DNA of 64,000 nt from a virus: the IMG/VR virus record IMGVR_UViG_3300012665_001507; one strand, 5' to 3'. This document shows, piece after piece, positions 38,383-49,444 of the stretch. Position 1 is the stretch's first letter; the number at the start of each line of letters is the position of its first letter. The notes under the pieces were generated by a model that was not told the DNA's origin, did not search any database, and saw only the letters and a program-made list of their open reading frames with translations. A program made the translations under genes and the position numbers.

Positions 38383-40200
38383 TTATTTAACTCTGACAAC
38401 AATATCTGTTGTTGGGAACTTAACCTCAAACATACTATTTGAATCACCAAATAATGTATAATCATCAGTCAAAAATATCTGTCTGGTTGTATTATCAAAA
38501 TATTCTTGCGAAATTTCGTTAATACTATATTTACCGTTAACTTTATTGAAAACCCTAACATCCAAAACATTCATAACACCACCTACTTGGTTGATTACTT
38601 CTACCAATGGTGACATATATATGTTGTCGCCCATTTGATATTTACTAATATCCATATAGTTTTTAACTTCGGTAATTACTTGGCTAATGATTTGTGATTG
38701 CGGTTGTTTTTTATCGATATACAAATCAATTTCAAAAGATAAATTAATTATACGACCATTTGTAACTTGCACATAGTCATTCATCATTCGATAATCAGCC
38801 AAATAAGTAGAAATATTATCCCTTAACGCACTAGTCGAGTTATTTGTTAATTTACCAGCTGAATCTAAACCTAAAACATATATTTTAACTTTATTTTGTT
38901 CTTCCATAACACCACATCTAAATGGGATACCAAATTTTCCAGGCATCTGTGCTATTCTAGTTTGGTAATCTTTTATCGTTACAGCTCTATTTTGTGACGC
39001 AAAATTGTACCTAACCATGTTTCTTATTTCATCAACACTAGGTACGTCTTTACCGCCCAATGCTGGGAATAAATTATTTACTTTTAATGAGTTTTTAACA
39101 GATTGATTGATATTTGAATTAGGTCCATTAACGGTCATGTTTAAAAGACCTAAAGAAGTTAAAACATTTGGCCCTATGTTGCTGTCAGCACCACCACCTA
39201 ACCTATATTTTACAAACATAGTTGTATTAGCTGTTGGAACAGTACCTAATGACATGTTATTAATAAAATCACCAATTTGGTTAACCAACTCTTTATTTGT
39301 ATCAAAATCACAAAGACTAGTAGTATCTTGACTACCAGCACCAAAAATCATTTTTGTAAAACCTAAATCTGTGTATTCACTAATAAACTTTTTATTGGTT
39401 GAGACAAACTTTCCTGGTCTAACACCAGCATTATCAGTTACTTTAGAATTATCTTCTATAAAAACTTTATCCTCAGCCAACGCATCCATCTCAAACCATC
39501 TATTGTTTAAATTTGTAAAATCCGAAATACTCGGAGTACCAATGAAGTTTGTGCCTGGTAAAGTTATCACAGAATCAATAGATAAAACATTATCTTCTGG
39601 TAATATTACTTCTAAAAAAGGTCTTACATCAGCTTGTGTTATGATTCTTTTATGGATTTTAGTATAACCATTCATAACTATTTCTCTTTTTATAATAGAA
39701 TAATTAAGTAATGTTCCATTTGAATTAAAATTTGGAATGATTAATCTATTTGGTACACCCCCAATAGTGAATGGACTTGAGAAATCAATATCGTTTGTCG
39801 TTTCAAAAATCTTACCACCACCAGATACTTGAGACCCAGCAAAAATTACTGGTGCATACGATATATCAAATGTGTCACCCAATACAGGTAACGTAACGTT
39901 AAAATCGACAATAGTAACACTAGGGCGTTTTCCTGGTATTTTTAAACCAAATGTTCTAGCCATAGATAAAACTGATTTTCTTTCTTTTGCGTAGTCTATT
40001 TGTGTTTCTTGAAACATTCTATCAGTGTTAACTGAAAGCATGTCACCCACGGCTGCATTTAATTCTAAAAGCATCATACCAACACTCGCATCGTTAAAAT
40101 CATTAAAGATGTCTGGATAGTATTGTTTTACCATGTCAACTAATTCTGCACGTATATCAGCGAAGTTCCTTGCTGTATAGTTTATACCTTGATTTGCCAT
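38383..40200 (-). CDS. Baseplate wedge subunit (T4 gp6/P2 gpJ-like)
   Basis: YTARNFADIRAEL, GMMLLELNAAVGD, AKERKSVLSMARTFG, GGKD..SVDEIR, QNRAVTIKDY. Confidence 0.88.
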   Translation of the reverse strand: MANQGINYTARNFADIRAELVDMVKQYYPDIFNDFNDASVGMMLLELNAAVGDMLSVNTDRMFQETQIDYAKERKSVLSMARTFGLKIPGKRPSVTIVDFNVTLPVLGDTFDISYAPVIFAGSQVSGGGKIFETTNDIDFSSPFTIGGVPNRLIIPNFNSNGTLLNYSIIKREIVMNGYTKIHKRIITQADVRPFLEVILPEDNVLSIDSVITLPGTNFIGTPSISDFTNLNNRWFEMDALAEDKVFIEDNSKVTDNAGVRPGKFVSTNKKFISEYTDLGFTKMIFGAGSQDTTSLCDFDTNKELVNQIGDFINNMSLGTVPTANTTMFVKYRLGGGADSNIGPNVLTSLGLLNMTVNGPNSNINQSVKNSLKVNNLFPALGGKDVPSVDEIRNMVRYNFASQNRAVTIKDYQTRIAQMPGKFGIPFRCGVMEEQNKVKIYVLGLDSAGKLTNNSTSALRDNISTYLADYRMMNDYVQVTNGRIINLSFEIDLYIDKKQPQSQIISQVITEVKNYMDISKYQMGDNIYMSPLVEVINQVGGVMNVLDVRVFNKVNGKYSINEISQEYFDNTTRQIFLTDDYTLFGDSNSMFEVKFPTTDIVVRVK

Positions 40201-40207
40201 ATTTTAA

Positions 40208-40594
40208 TTATAGTTTTACCACTATTATGTCTGATGTTGTAAAAACAGCATCGGTTATTGTATATTTTAATGTAAATACAGCAGCGTATTCACTTTCTAA
40301 TGATTCTTCAACTAAAATCTCGTCTAATTGTAAGTTTGGGATATAAAGTTTAACAACAGATTTTATTTCTTCTTTAATACCGTTTAAAGTCATACCATCT
40401 TCTGGTTCAAAGATAAACTTTAGTAAATCAGTACCAAAATCTGGTTTGTAAAGTCTTTGTCCTTTTCTAGTTAAGATAATATGAAGAAGGTCAGCTTTTA
40501 CTGCTTGACTATCTTCATCGTTCAAATCTAAGAAAAAACCTTTATCACTATTCTTAAATGGATAGTTAATATTTATGTATTTACCGTTTGCCAT
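40208..40594 (-). CDS. Baseplate wedge subunit (T4 gp25/GPW-like)
   Basis: VKADLLHIILTRKGQRLYKPDFGTDL; adjacent to the gp6-like gene. Confidence 0.88.
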   Translation of the reverse strand: MANGKYININYPFKNSDKGFFLDLNDEDSQAVKADLLHIILTRKGQRLYKPDFGTDLLKFIFEPEDGMTLNGIKEEIKSVVKLYIPNLQLDEILVEESLESEYAAVFTLKYTITDAVFTTSDIIVVKL

Positions 40595-40608
40595 AATTGC
40601 CTTTATTT

Positions 40609-40616
40609 CATAAATA
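40609..40616 (-). promoter_or_regulatory. TATTTATG variant late motif at the head of the baseplate operon
   Basis: 14 nt upstream of the ATG at 40594, after the nrdA terminator. Confidence 0.5.
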
Positions 40617-40653
40617 TAATACTAAACAATTTTTGTAAGTAAATATGGGAAAT

Positions 40654-40679
40654 AAAAAAAGGGTCCAATTGGACCCTTT
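40654..40679 (-). terminator. Intrinsic terminator after nrdA (22-bp perfect palindrome)
   Basis: AAAGGGTCCAATTGGACCCTTT plus U-tract on the minus strand. Confidence 0.8.
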
Positions 40680-40696
40680 AATTTGTTTATGTTTTA

Positions 40697-43051
40697 TTAG
40701 CTTGAGCAACCTACACACTCAAATTGACTCTCAGTTGGTTTTTCAACCTGTTTCTGTTTTGTCATATCGATTGCCAAGTGTTTTGCTTTGTTGTCAACAG
40801 ATTCACTTCTTAAGTAGTATTGCCCAGTTTTCAACCCTAATTTCCATGCAAGTGTATGTGATGTTGTTAGTTTACCAACTGTAGGTGTACTAAAGAAAAT
40901 ATTAAGACTTTGTGACTGGTCAATAAATGGTGCTCTATCAGCAGACATTTCAATAAGTGCTTTTTGAGATATTTCCCAAACAGTTTTATATCGGTCTTTC
41001 ATTTCTTGACTAATAATTGGAATATTTTGTACACTTCCATTATTTTTTATCAGTTCACTAAGTGTTTCTCTATTCCATAACCCTTCAGATTCTAAATCCC
41101 TAACCAAGTGTTTGTTTACCATGGCAAATTCACCACCTGTTACTCTACGAACATATAAGTTTGATGTAAATGGTTCAAATGCTTCGTTTGAACCGATAAC
41201 ACGAGCCGAACTAGCTGTTGGTGGACATGTTGTCACCAAAGAGTTTCTAACCCCGTATCTTTTAATATCTTTTCTTAATTGTTTCCAATCGTGCATACCA
41301 GATAAATCTTCTTCTTTTCTTTTTCTAGTTATAACGTTACCTAGTTCGTCACTTTCAGTGATATCCCACATTTCCCATTGAAACACACCTTGTGAGATTG
41401 GAGAACCTTCATAACCATCGTAAGTTAAACCAGTTTCTTTAGCTAAATCACAGGATTCCCTTAACGCATTAAAATAAATTGTTTCAAAGATATCTTTATT
41501 TAATTTTCTAGCTTCTTCAGATGTAAAAACTAATTTCATCATTGCAAACACATCAGCCAATCCTTGAATACCGATACCTAAAGCTCTTTGCTCTAAACCA
41601 CCCTTTCTACCTTCTTTGGTTGAGTAATCGTTAACTTCAAGTGCAATATTTAATGATTTAGTTATTGAGCGTGTAACTCTTCCTAAACCTTCAAAATCAT
41701 ATTCATTACCATTTACAAATTTTTGAATTGGAATAGATGTCAAAGTACAAATTGCTGTGGTTTCAGAGTCTGTAACTTCCATAATCTCAGAACACAAATT
41801 GCTAGAGTGAATAACACCCATATTTTTTTGGTTTGACTTGTTATTTGCATGGTCTTTAAAACACATGTAAGGCATTCCAGTTTCAATTTGCGATTCTAAA
41901 ATCTTAAGCCATAAATCATGTGCTTTTATTTTAACCCCTATACCCATCTCTACGGCTTTATTATACTCATCTTCGTATTCTTTACCATAAATCTCATAAA
42001 AAGGCTTTAAACCAGCTTTCTCGATGTCGTGAGGGCAAAATAGATGCCAATAACCATTTGATTCTACAGCTTTCATAAAATTATCTGGAATCCAAAGGGC
42101 AGAAAATAAATCACGAGCCCTTAATTCTTCAGCACCAACTTTTTTTCTAATATCTAATACATCAAAAATATCTTTATGCCATGGTTCAATATAAACAGCA
42201 CATGAACCAGGTCTCTTACCTCTTTGGTTCCAAAATCTAAGTGTTTCATTAACAACTTTAAGGTATTTTAATATACCACCAGCTTTACCATTAGAATTAC
42301 CAACGTTGCTTTCTTTAGAACGAATATTGGATATTGCTAATCCAATACCTTCAGCTTTTGAAGATGAAATCGCTATCCTACCCAATATATTCAACAATCC
42401 TTCTGTTGAATCATCTGGAACAATTGATAGGTTGCATGACGCTATTTGACCTATAGTTGTTCCAATGTTCATTTTTAATGGCGTAGCTGGACTTTCTTTT
42501 TGAAAACTTAAATCGTTATATTTTTCAATAAAGTCTTCTGGTGTATTGGTTGTCATAAGGGCAACTCTAACATACATTTGTTGTGGTCTTTCTAAAATCA
42601 CACCTTCTGAAGATTTCAAAAGATAAATATCTTTAAGTGAACACCAACCAAAATAATCAAAATGAAAATCTCTTTTATAATCAACAGTCGATTCGATTAA
42701 TTCTATATTTTCTTTTATTTTTTGATAGTAAGCGTCATTTAATAACCCAGCGTTATACATTTTCTTAGCACCTTTCATAAACGAATCTTCAGTTTCTTTA
42801 TGAAGCTTTGTTATTGAAATATTTGCCGCTAATTTTGAATAGTCTGGGTGATTCATCGCTAACGATTCAGCTACAACCGAAATCAAATCATCTAATTCGT
42901 TTGTAGTCATATTATCAGCGATACCTTGTGTTACTTTAATGAAAACCTCATCAGCATTAATTTTTAATGTTTCTGATTGTTTTTTAATTCTCATTAAAAT
43001 TTTATTTGGATTGAAGTCAATTTTACTTCCGTTTCTTTTTATTACTTGCAT
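40697..43051 (-). CDS. nrdA: Ribonucleoside-diphosphate reductase class Ia alpha subunit
   Basis: ATP cone (VIKRNG), ASC, QRGKRPG, SNLCSEI, PTASSA, YYLR, C-terminal CVGCSS. Confidence 0.96.
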   Translation of the reverse strand: MQVIKRNGSKIDFNPNKILMRIKKQSETLKINADEVFIKVTQGIADNMTTNELDDLISVVAESLAMNHPDYSKLAANISITKLHKETEDSFMKGAKKMYNAGLLNDAYYQKIKENIELIESTVDYKRDFHFDYFGWCSLKDIYLLKSSEGVILERPQQMYVRVALMTTNTPEDFIEKYNDLSFQKESPATPLKMNIGTTIGQIASCNLSIVPDDSTEGLLNILGRIAISSSKAEGIGLAISNIRSKESNVGNSNGKAGGILKYLKVVNETLRFWNQRGKRPGSCAVYIEPWHKDIFDVLDIRKKVGAEELRARDLFSALWIPDNFMKAVESNGYWHLFCPHDIEKAGLKPFYEIYGKEYEDEYNKAVEMGIGVKIKAHDLWLKILESQIETGMPYMCFKDHANNKSNQKNMGVIHSSNLCSEIMEVTDSETTAICTLTSIPIQKFVNGNEYDFEGLGRVTRSITKSLNIALEVNDYSTKEGRKGGLEQRALGIGIQGLADVFAMMKLVFTSEEARKLNKDIFETIYFNALRESCDLAKETGLTYDGYEGSPISQGVFQWEMWDITESDELGNVITRKRKEEDLSGMHDWKQLRKDIKRYGVRNSLVTTCPPTASSARVIGSNEAFEPFTSNLYVRRVTGGEFAMVNKHLVRDLESEGLWNRETLSELIKNNGSVQNIPIISQEMKDRYKTVWEISQKALIEMSADRAPFIDQSQSLNIFFSTPTVGKLTTSHTLAWKLGLKTGQYYLRSESVDNKAKHLAIDMTKQKQVEKPTESQFECVGCSS

Positions 43052-43061
43052 ATCTTATTTT

Positions 43062-44015
43062 TTAAATTTCCTCATCAAATGATATCGGCCCACTTAAGTC
43101 AGCTGATTTATATTCTGTTGAACGACCTTCGAAGAAGTTCTGTTTTGTTTTCAATGCAATTTGGTTCATGAACTCAAAAGGATTCTTTGCGTTAAATTCT
43201 TTTTCACAACCTAATTGAGAAAGTAGACCGTCAACAACAAACTCTAAGTATTGTTTCATTAAATCAGCATTCATCCCAATAAGTGATACTGGTAAAGATT
43301 CAGTAATGAATTCTTTTTCAATCTCTAATGCTGATAAGAAAATTTCACGGATTCTTGATTTTGATGGTTTTTCAACTATATGATTATTTAATAAATGTAT
43401 GGCAAAATCAGCATGCATAGCTTCATCTCTAGAAATAAAAGCATTTGAATCACACAACCCAGGCATTAACCCTCTAGATTTTAAATAAAAAATACTACAG
43501 AATGAACCAGAGAAAAATATACCTTCAACAGCCACAAAAGCAATCAAACGTTCAACAAAAGAGTCCGAATCAATCCATCTTAACGCCCATTCAGCTTTCT
43601 TTTTTACTGGTGGCATATATTCAATAGCGTTAAAACATTCTTGTCTTTCTTTGGTGTCTTTTATGTACGTATCGATAAGTAGCGAGTACATTTGACTGTG
43701 AATGTTTTCCATCATAATTTGAAAACCATAGAAAAATTTAGCTTCAGTATATTGCACTTCATTTAAAAAGTTAATAGCTAAATTCTCATTCACAATACCA
43801 TCAGAAGCGGCAAAGAATGCTAACACGTTTTTAATGAAATATCTTTCATTATCATTTAATTTGGTTTCCCAATGAGCAATGTCTTTGGATAAATCAAGTT
43901 CTTCCACAGTCCACATAGCTGCTTTTTGGTCTAGGTAGTACTCCCAAAGGTCTTGATGTTCTATTGGAAATAAAACGAATCTGTTTGGATTACTAATTAA
44001 TATTGGTTCTGTCAT
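43062..44015 (-). CDS. nrdB: Ribonucleoside-diphosphate reductase class Ia beta subunit
   Basis: [42 protein letters not shown]. Confidence 0.96.
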   Translation of the reverse strand: MTEPILISNPNRFVLFPIEHQDLWEYYLDQKAAMWTVEELDLSKDIAHWETKLNDNERYFIKNVLAFFAASDGIVNENLAINFLNEVQYTEAKFFYGFQIMMENIHSQMYSLLIDTYIKDTKERQECFNAIEYMPPVKKKAEWALRWIDSDSFVERLIAFVAVEGIFFSGSFCSIFYLKSRGLMPGLCDSNAFISRDEAMHADFAIHLLNNHIVEKPSKSRIREIFLSALEIEKEFITESLPVSLIGMNADLMKQYLEFVVDGLLSQLGCEKEFNAKNPFEFMNQIALKTKQNFFEGRSTEYKSADLSGPISFDEEI

Positions 44016-44060
44016 TTTGTTTTTTTTGTTAAATTTTTATTTTATTTTTTCACACTATTG

Positions 44061-45458
44061 TTAAGTTGCACCGTTTAGCGTAGTATTTCTATTTTGAGCT
44101 GCCGCTAATACTGTGTTAACTCTTTTTTGACTCACTTCTTCTTTATCACTTTTGTGTTCCGTTTGAGTTCTTGCACCTTTACTTTCACCCATATCAATTT
44201 GAATTCTTGAGTTATCAAATCTAATATCTTGGAAAATAAGACCATCCTTACCAAAACGAGATTTAAGTATCGCCATTGTAGCAGTACCCGCTTCTTTTTG
44301 GTCTAAGTTTTTTGCTATCGATACGATAAAGTGACCAATTTGACCTTTTTTAATTGAACCACCCATTTGGTTGGCTTCAACTACGTCAGCAGAAATAGAA
44401 CTTCTGTTACCTTGAACCGCTGTCCATCCAGCTATATCTAATTCCGATAAAAGCGTTTCAAATTGTCTCATCACACTACCCTCACCAGCGTTAACATCAT
44501 CAAACTTTCTAGATGGTTCAACGCAGTCAATGTAATCTAATAATACGATATCTGGTCTAAACCCTTGGGCAATCAACCTTCTAATGTGTTGTCTAATTAC
44601 TGGAATTGTAGTACCATCACTAGAAAACTTTTTAAGTTTAAGGTTTTCATGTGGTAAAGTAGAAACGATTTCATATATTTCTTCTTTATGTAAACTTAAA
44701 CTGTTTAATTCATAACCAGAAGAACAAGCCAAGTGTTTTCTTTGGATAACTTTTGGGTTATCCTCGAAAAATATTTGTAAAACGTTATAACCATCTGCCA
44801 TTGCAGTATTGGCTAATTTTGTCATCATGGTAGTTTTACCCACACCAAATGGTGCTAAGATTACCCCTAACTCACCTTTGGATAAACCACCATCCATAAC
44901 TTCATCTAAACCTTTAATACCAGTAGCGATTGGTTTTCTAAAATCATCAACCAAAACATGCTCAATACCATCAAAAACGTTAATACCGTCATCTTTGCTA
45001 TCACCGTGTTCTAGTGCTTTTCTAATAATCGCTTCAACTTGCTCGTAATCCTCAAGATTACCTCTTTCGATAATCTTATTAACTTGCATCATCGATTTTT
45101 TCATCTCTTGTTGCTTGCAAAATCTCATAGCCATATCTTGAACCTTTAAGGTATCATTCAAATCAGCTTCTTGGATTTTACGAAGTTGTTGGATAACATA
45201 CTTTCTTTGGTAGTCATCCTTAACATCTTCTAATAATCTGAATTCAAGACTACCAACATCTGGAACGATGTCATCGGTAGTCTTTGCATCTTTTATTGTT
45301 GCAGCAATTACTCGCAAATACTGGTCTTCAAAGTAGTTTGGGTCAACGATATCTAATATGGAATTTGCGAACTTTCTATCCGTTAAAAATTGTGCTATAA
45401 GTCTAATTTGGTAGTCGTGTCCTAAATAACCGAAAGTATTTTTATCTATTTTTGCCAT
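44061..45458 (-). CDS. Replicative helicase (DnaB/T4 gp41-like)
   Basis: TGIKGLDEVMDGGL, APFGVGKT, LLDYID, QGNR, LKSRFG. Confidence 0.92.
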   Translation of the reverse strand: MAKIDKNTFGYLGHDYQIRLIAQFLTDRKFANSILDIVDPNYFEDQYLRVIAATIKDAKTTDDIVPDVGSLEFRLLEDVKDDYQRKYVIQQLRKIQEADLNDTLKVQDMAMRFCKQQEMKKSMMQVNKIIERGNLEDYEQVEAIIRKALEHGDSKDDGINVFDGIEHVLVDDFRKPIATGIKGLDEVMDGGLSKGELGVILAPFGVGKTTMMTKLANTAMADGYNVLQIFFEDNPKVIQRKHLACSSGYELNSLSLHKEEIYEIVSTLPHENLKLKKFSSDGTTIPVIRQHIRRLIAQGFRPDIVLLDYIDCVEPSRKFDDVNAGEGSVMRQFETLLSELDIAGWTAVQGNRSSISADVVEANQMGGSIKKGQIGHFIVSIAKNLDQKEAGTATMAILKSRFGKDGLIFQDIRFDNSRIQIDMGESKGARTQTEHKSDKEEVSQKRVNTVLAAAQNRNTTLNGAT

Positions 45459-45514
45459 TCTATTTTTTCTCTTTTTTAAAAACCTGTGTTATAATAAATA
45501 TTTAATGATTACCA

Positions 45515-46012
45515 TTAAAGTGCAACAATTGAATAATTTTTTCTACTCATTGTTTGTCTAATCTCAGTCATCACTGCTGGGATAATTTCTCTAATATCAA
45601 CACTAACCTTTGGGTTTAAAGTGAAGAATTCGTTTGAGAATTGTGCTGAAGCAACTACTCTTTTATCAACCTTAAACTCAAATTGAAACATATCGCCCTT
45701 TTTAGCTGGTGCTTTGTATGATTCATCTGTTTGATTGAAGTACGGGTTATAACTATCCCAAAGGTACTGCATAGATTTTTGTTTTAGGTAGTTAGGAATA
45801 ATCCCTAGAGTACCAAATTCACCGTTATTCATTCCAGCGATTTCATCCATCATTTCTTTAATCTCTAAAGAGTTAATTGATTCTTCATTGAAATCAAAGA
45901 TGTGGAAATATCTTTGACAGATGATGTTGTTGTTAATGTAAAGTACGAATTCAAATCTTTGTTCTTCGATTTTTTTCGTAATTGGCGTTGTTGATTTTTC
46001 TTTAGTGTTCAT
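45515..46012 (-). CDS. Hypothetical protein in the replication cluster
   Basis: 165-aa ORF between exonuclease and helicase. Confidence 0.75.
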   Translation of the reverse strand: MNTKEKSTTPITKKIEEQRFEFVLYINNNIICQRYFHIFDFNEESINSLEIKEMMDEIAGMNNGEFGTLGIIPNYLKQKSMQYLWDSYNPYFNQTDESYKAPAKKGDMFQFEFKVDKRVVASAQFSNEFFTLNPKVSVDIREIIPAVMTEIRQTMSRKNYSIVAL

Positions 46013-46027
46013 ATTGTTTGTTTTTAT

Positions 46028-47080
46028 TTAAAATATTAGTTTTTCTCTTGCTATTAGAGTCTTAAAAGGCATTAGATATTCTGGGTATCTATGTTCACCT
46101 ATTGTCTTATCAATCCCATCTCTTTTCATGTATAGTAGAACGTTTTTTAAGTCTCTCCCCGATGAGTCTAGGGTTCCATCAATTAACTGTTCTAAATCCG
46201 AAATACCATCTTCAGTCATCATAGGTTTTCTTAGGTTTACCAGTTGTTCGTTAATTTCGTAAACTCTTTCACCTTGAACACCTTCTGTTACAGCATTGAC
46301 TATATTGTCCAATACCTTAAGTGGTTTTTTCTTGTCGATTAATCTTTGTTCTTGTTGTTTTTTTGCATTCTCTAAAATTTCGGTTAAACTTACTTTTCTT
46401 TCTACCAATTCTGGAAATAATGATACGAGTGTTGTTTCACCCAATCCTTTGATACCTTTGATACTATCACTTGAATCACCTGTCATTGTTTTAACCAATG
46501 CCGCATTCTCATAATGATAACAAAAATACGAAGAAAAATTGACATTATCAACATATTTCTTCAAATCTAGGAAATAAACTCTAACATTATCTTGGATAAG
46601 TTGGGCCATGTCCCTATCATTACTCACAATAGTGATTTTTTCGTTTTCTTTTTTTGTTAGACAATAGTATGCTATAAAATCATCACCTTCGATGACTTCA
46701 TGTTTTAATTGTCGCACATACATTTCATTTAGATATTCCCAGACTATTTCTCTTTGCATCAATTCTGATTCATCGATGGGTTGGGTCCCGTTTTTGTAAT
46801 CCTTACCTCTACCGCTTTTATACGGTTCATAAATTTCATATCTTAATTTACCGCTAAAGTTACCGTCCCAAAATACATAGACTCTATGATATAAATCATC
46901 GTCTAATACCATTCTAAGCGTAGTAAGGAATTGATAGATACCACCCACATGATTTCCATGTTGGTTATACTGACCTTTGGCTCCGAAAAACCCTGTCTTA
47001 AACAGGGCGTTTCCGTCTACCAATAATGTATTTTGTATCTTTAAAGTAATTTCACCATTACGTGGTGGTCTTTTGTTCAT
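46028..47080 (-). CDS. 5'-3' exonuclease/flap endonuclease (T4 RNase H or PolA N-terminal-like)
   Basis: LLVDGN, FWDG, YKSGR, EGDD, SNDRD, GDSSDSIKGIKGLGE. Confidence 0.92.
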   Translation of the reverse strand: MNKRPPRNGEITLKIQNTLLVDGNALFKTGFFGAKGQYNQHGNHVGGIYQFLTTLRMVLDDDLYHRVYVFWDGNFSGKLRYEIYEPYKSGRGKDYKNGTQPIDESELMQREIVWEYLNEMYVRQLKHEVIEGDDFIAYYCLTKKENEKITIVSNDRDMAQLIQDNVRVYFLDLKKYVDNVNFSSYFCYHYENAALVKTMTGDSSDSIKGIKGLGETTLVSLFPELVERKVSLTEILENAKKQQEQRLIDKKKPLKVLDNIVNAVTEGVQGERVYEINEQLVNLRKPMMTEDGISDLEQLIDGTLDSSGRDLKNVLLYMKRDGIDKTIGEHRYPEYLMPFKTLIAREKLIF

Positions 47081-47111
47081 GTAAGAACATTTAAAAGGTT
47101 AATAAATAGTT

Positions 47112-48224
47112 TTAGTCTTTTTCGTAAGCATCAGCATCAAAATCATGCTCTTTAACTTCAAAGTCTGAAAATGATGTACCTAACTTTGCGTTAATGAAAT
47201 CTTTTTGTTCTTTAACGTAGTCATTTTTTTCTGTTGGGTTTACGAACCCGTGTGGTGTCGAGCAAATGTTACCCATTCTTTCAATACCGTTAACGTGGTT
47301 CTTAACACATTTGATATCTGTCATTACACCGAATTGGTAAGATTTACCACCCATTACAGCATCTAATTTCTTAGCAGATGATGTCGACATACCACCCATG
47401 TGGAAAATAAGTCTAACACCGTATTTGAATCCTTCACCACCATTATGCATAACGGTTGGTTGTCCAACTGCGTTTGGTCTTAACCAAATTTTTTGTACAG
47501 CAACAAACGTGTTAATGAATGGAGCTTTCTCTCTTCTAGAAGCTGGAATTCTAAAGTTTAGAATTGACTCAAAAGACCTTTTTAAAGCACCAGCAGTCCA
47601 TTGGTTATTGTTTGTGTTTGACACAGCACCTTCGTAACATCCGATTGAACCAATAGAGTCCCAAACAAAAGTAACGTTTCTATCAAAATCACCTTTATCT
47701 TGTTTATCCATTATCTCATTCATAGCACGTGCTATATCTTCAACAACTGGGATAAATCTTTGTGGTGATTGAGTCATCTTACCAGATTTGTAATCAAAAT
47801 TTTGGTATAATTGAACCAAGTCACTACCACCAAAGTACATAAAGTCATCACCATCATAATCAATGATTTCACCAGTGTCTTCATCAGCAATTTCATTAAA
47901 TTTGAAACCAACTAGTTTAGCGTGTTCCCAGTTAAAACTACCTTCAGTATCAAAAATAACAACATAATCACCCAATTTTTGAGCACCAGCAATTGTTTCG
48001 TAGATACCTGTTGATTTACCAACATCGGAAAATCCACGGAACTGAGTAGTGTAACCACGTGGAACACCTGGAAGACCTACTGCATCATGGAAAGCTTTTT
48101 TAAACGGAATCCACGCTAATTCTTTTTCTTTAACTGTTTGTTCACCTAGACCTAGGCTTGTTTTGAAACTTTTATTATCGAAAGCTTTTTTTTCGATTGG
48201 TTTCTTTTCTGGTTTTTTAGCCAT
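47112..48224 (-). CDS. uvsX: UvsX/RecA-like recombinase
   Basis: GVPRG, Walker A GFSDVGKST, FDTE, VWDSIG, GG.G..Y, KNH. Confidence 0.85.
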   Translation of the reverse strand: MAKKPEKKPIEKKAFDNKSFKTSLGLGEQTVKEKELAWIPFKKAFHDAVGLPGVPRGYTTQFRGFSDVGKSTGIYETIAGAQKLGDYVVIFDTEGSFNWEHAKLVGFKFNEIADEDTGEIIDYDGDDFMYFGGSDLVQLYQNFDYKSGKMTQSPQRFIPVVEDIARAMNEIMDKQDKGDFDRNVTFVWDSIGSIGCYEGAVSNTNNNQWTAGALKRSFESILNFRIPASRREKAPFINTFVAVQKIWLRPNAVGQPTVMHNGGEGFKYGVRLIFHMGGMSTSSAKKLDAVMGGKSYQFGVMTDIKCVKNHVNGIERMGNICSTPHGFVNPTEKNDYVKEQKDFINAKLGTSFSDFEVKEHDFDADAYEKD

Positions 48225-48255
48225 TTGTTATAAAATTTATTGTTTGTTATCTTAG

Positions 48256-48290
48256 AACAAAAAAGAGGCAATTCCTCACCTCTTTTTGTT
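48256..48290. terminator. Hairpin/terminator between the SSB and recombinase genes
   Basis: AAAAAGAGG-N10-CCTCTTTTT with A/T tracts on both sides. Confidence 0.65.
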
Positions 48291-48305
48291 TTGTTTAATC
48301 CTAAA

Positions 48306-49202
48306 TTAGAATGGTAAATCGTCTTCTTCTGCATCAGTAGAAGCAGTAGTCGTTTCAACAGTTTCAGCAACTTGTAAACTAGCTTTGATGTTTTCAACAC
48401 CCATAGTTAATTCAGCCTCCAAAGTAGCATCAGCATTTTCAGAAGTTAAAGCTTCTTTATCAACGAATTTTTTCTCTTCTTTATCCCACACTGGAATTCC
48501 ACCTCTAACAATGATTTCTAAGTAATCATATGTTCTTACTGAATAAACATCTTCCCATGTTCTAGCATCAGACATCCATAAATCTTTTTGTTCTTGGTCT
48601 TCTGACAATGCAGAAGGGTCAAGTGAAGCAACAGCTGATACAACTGGAATGTTGTTCATGTTTCTGTTAATAGTCAATAACAAGTCACGACCATTTTCTG
48701 CGTTTGTAACGTCTTTTTTGATTGCGTTAAGAACACCGATGATTTTATCATAGATACCCTCTTTACGGTAATCGTGGTTGAATCTCCAGAATTTAACACC
48801 TTCATCTTCGTGCTCTCTGTCGATTACTTTAACAACATACATCTTACGTGCGTTGTATTTTTTTGCTAACTCTTTGTCAGATTCTTTTCCAGTTGCTAAT
48901 AAAGCTTCACGAGCTTCACAGAAAGGACAAGCCTCACCTTTTTCATGTTTCAAACATGCGAATGTTTTCCATTCACCGTCCACTTGAACTTTGTGAGTGT
49001 GTACTTCTACGAATGGTGTAGAACCATCAGCTGTAGGAAGAATTCTGATTTGTTTTGTTGCAGACTTAATACCTTCTTTAATGTAGGTATTAAAATAGTT
49101 TTTAAGGTCATAAACCTTAGCTTCAGTTTTCACTGGTCTTGGTGCATTGTTTTTTTCATACTGTGCAAGCATAGCATCCAATGCGTTTTTTTCATTACTC
49201 AT
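48306..49202 (-). CDS. Single-stranded DNA-binding protein (T4 gp32-like)
   Basis: IRILP, H...C......CPFCE zinc motif, GVKFWRF, GRDL, acidic tail ending EEDDLPF. Confidence 0.85.
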   Translation of the reverse strand: MSNEKNALDAMLAQYEKNNAPRPVKTEAKVYDLKNYFNTYIKEGIKSATKQIRILPTADGSTPFVEVHTHKVQVDGEWKTFACLKHEKGEACPFCEAREALLATGKESDKELAKKYNARKMYVVKVIDREHEDEGVKFWRFNHDYRKEGIYDKIIGVLNAIKKDVTNAENGRDLLLTINRNMNNIPVVSAVASLDPSALSEDQEQKDLWMSDARTWEDVYSVRTYDYLEIIVRGGIPVWDKEEKKFVDKEALTSENADATLEAELTMGVENIKASLQVAETVETTTASTDAEEDDLPF

Positions 49203-49253
49203 TTTTGTTTGTTTTATATATTTACGTTATTTATTCTCTTCTAAATTGTTATA

Positions 49254-49284
49254 CAAATATACGAACTTTTAGTCCAAAAGTCAA
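49254..49284 (-). promoter_or_regulatory. Bacteroidota-type promoter, SSB-proximal
   Basis: TTG-N20-TATATTTG. Confidence 0.75.
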
Positions 49285-49361
49285 TAGGTTTTAGGTTAAA
49301 AACACACCTTATTACTAAATTATTTTCTTATCTGCAATAGGTAATTATACCCGATTTTATA

Positions 49362-49392
49362 CAAAGGTACGAACATTTTACTGTATATGCAA
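49362..49392 (-). promoter_or_regulatory. Bacteroidota-type promoter, SSB-distal
   Basis: TTG-N20-TACCTTTG. Confidence 0.75.
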
Positions 49393-49444
49393 CTAAAATT
49401 TAGTATTTGTACTAAAAAAAACTAGAATGTATTCTATAACAAAC

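Noticed and set aside
40697-48224. Introns or inteins in nrdA, nrdB, helicase or recombinase
   Set aside because: Lengths are normal and motifs contiguous; nrdA has only a short in-frame loop insertion.
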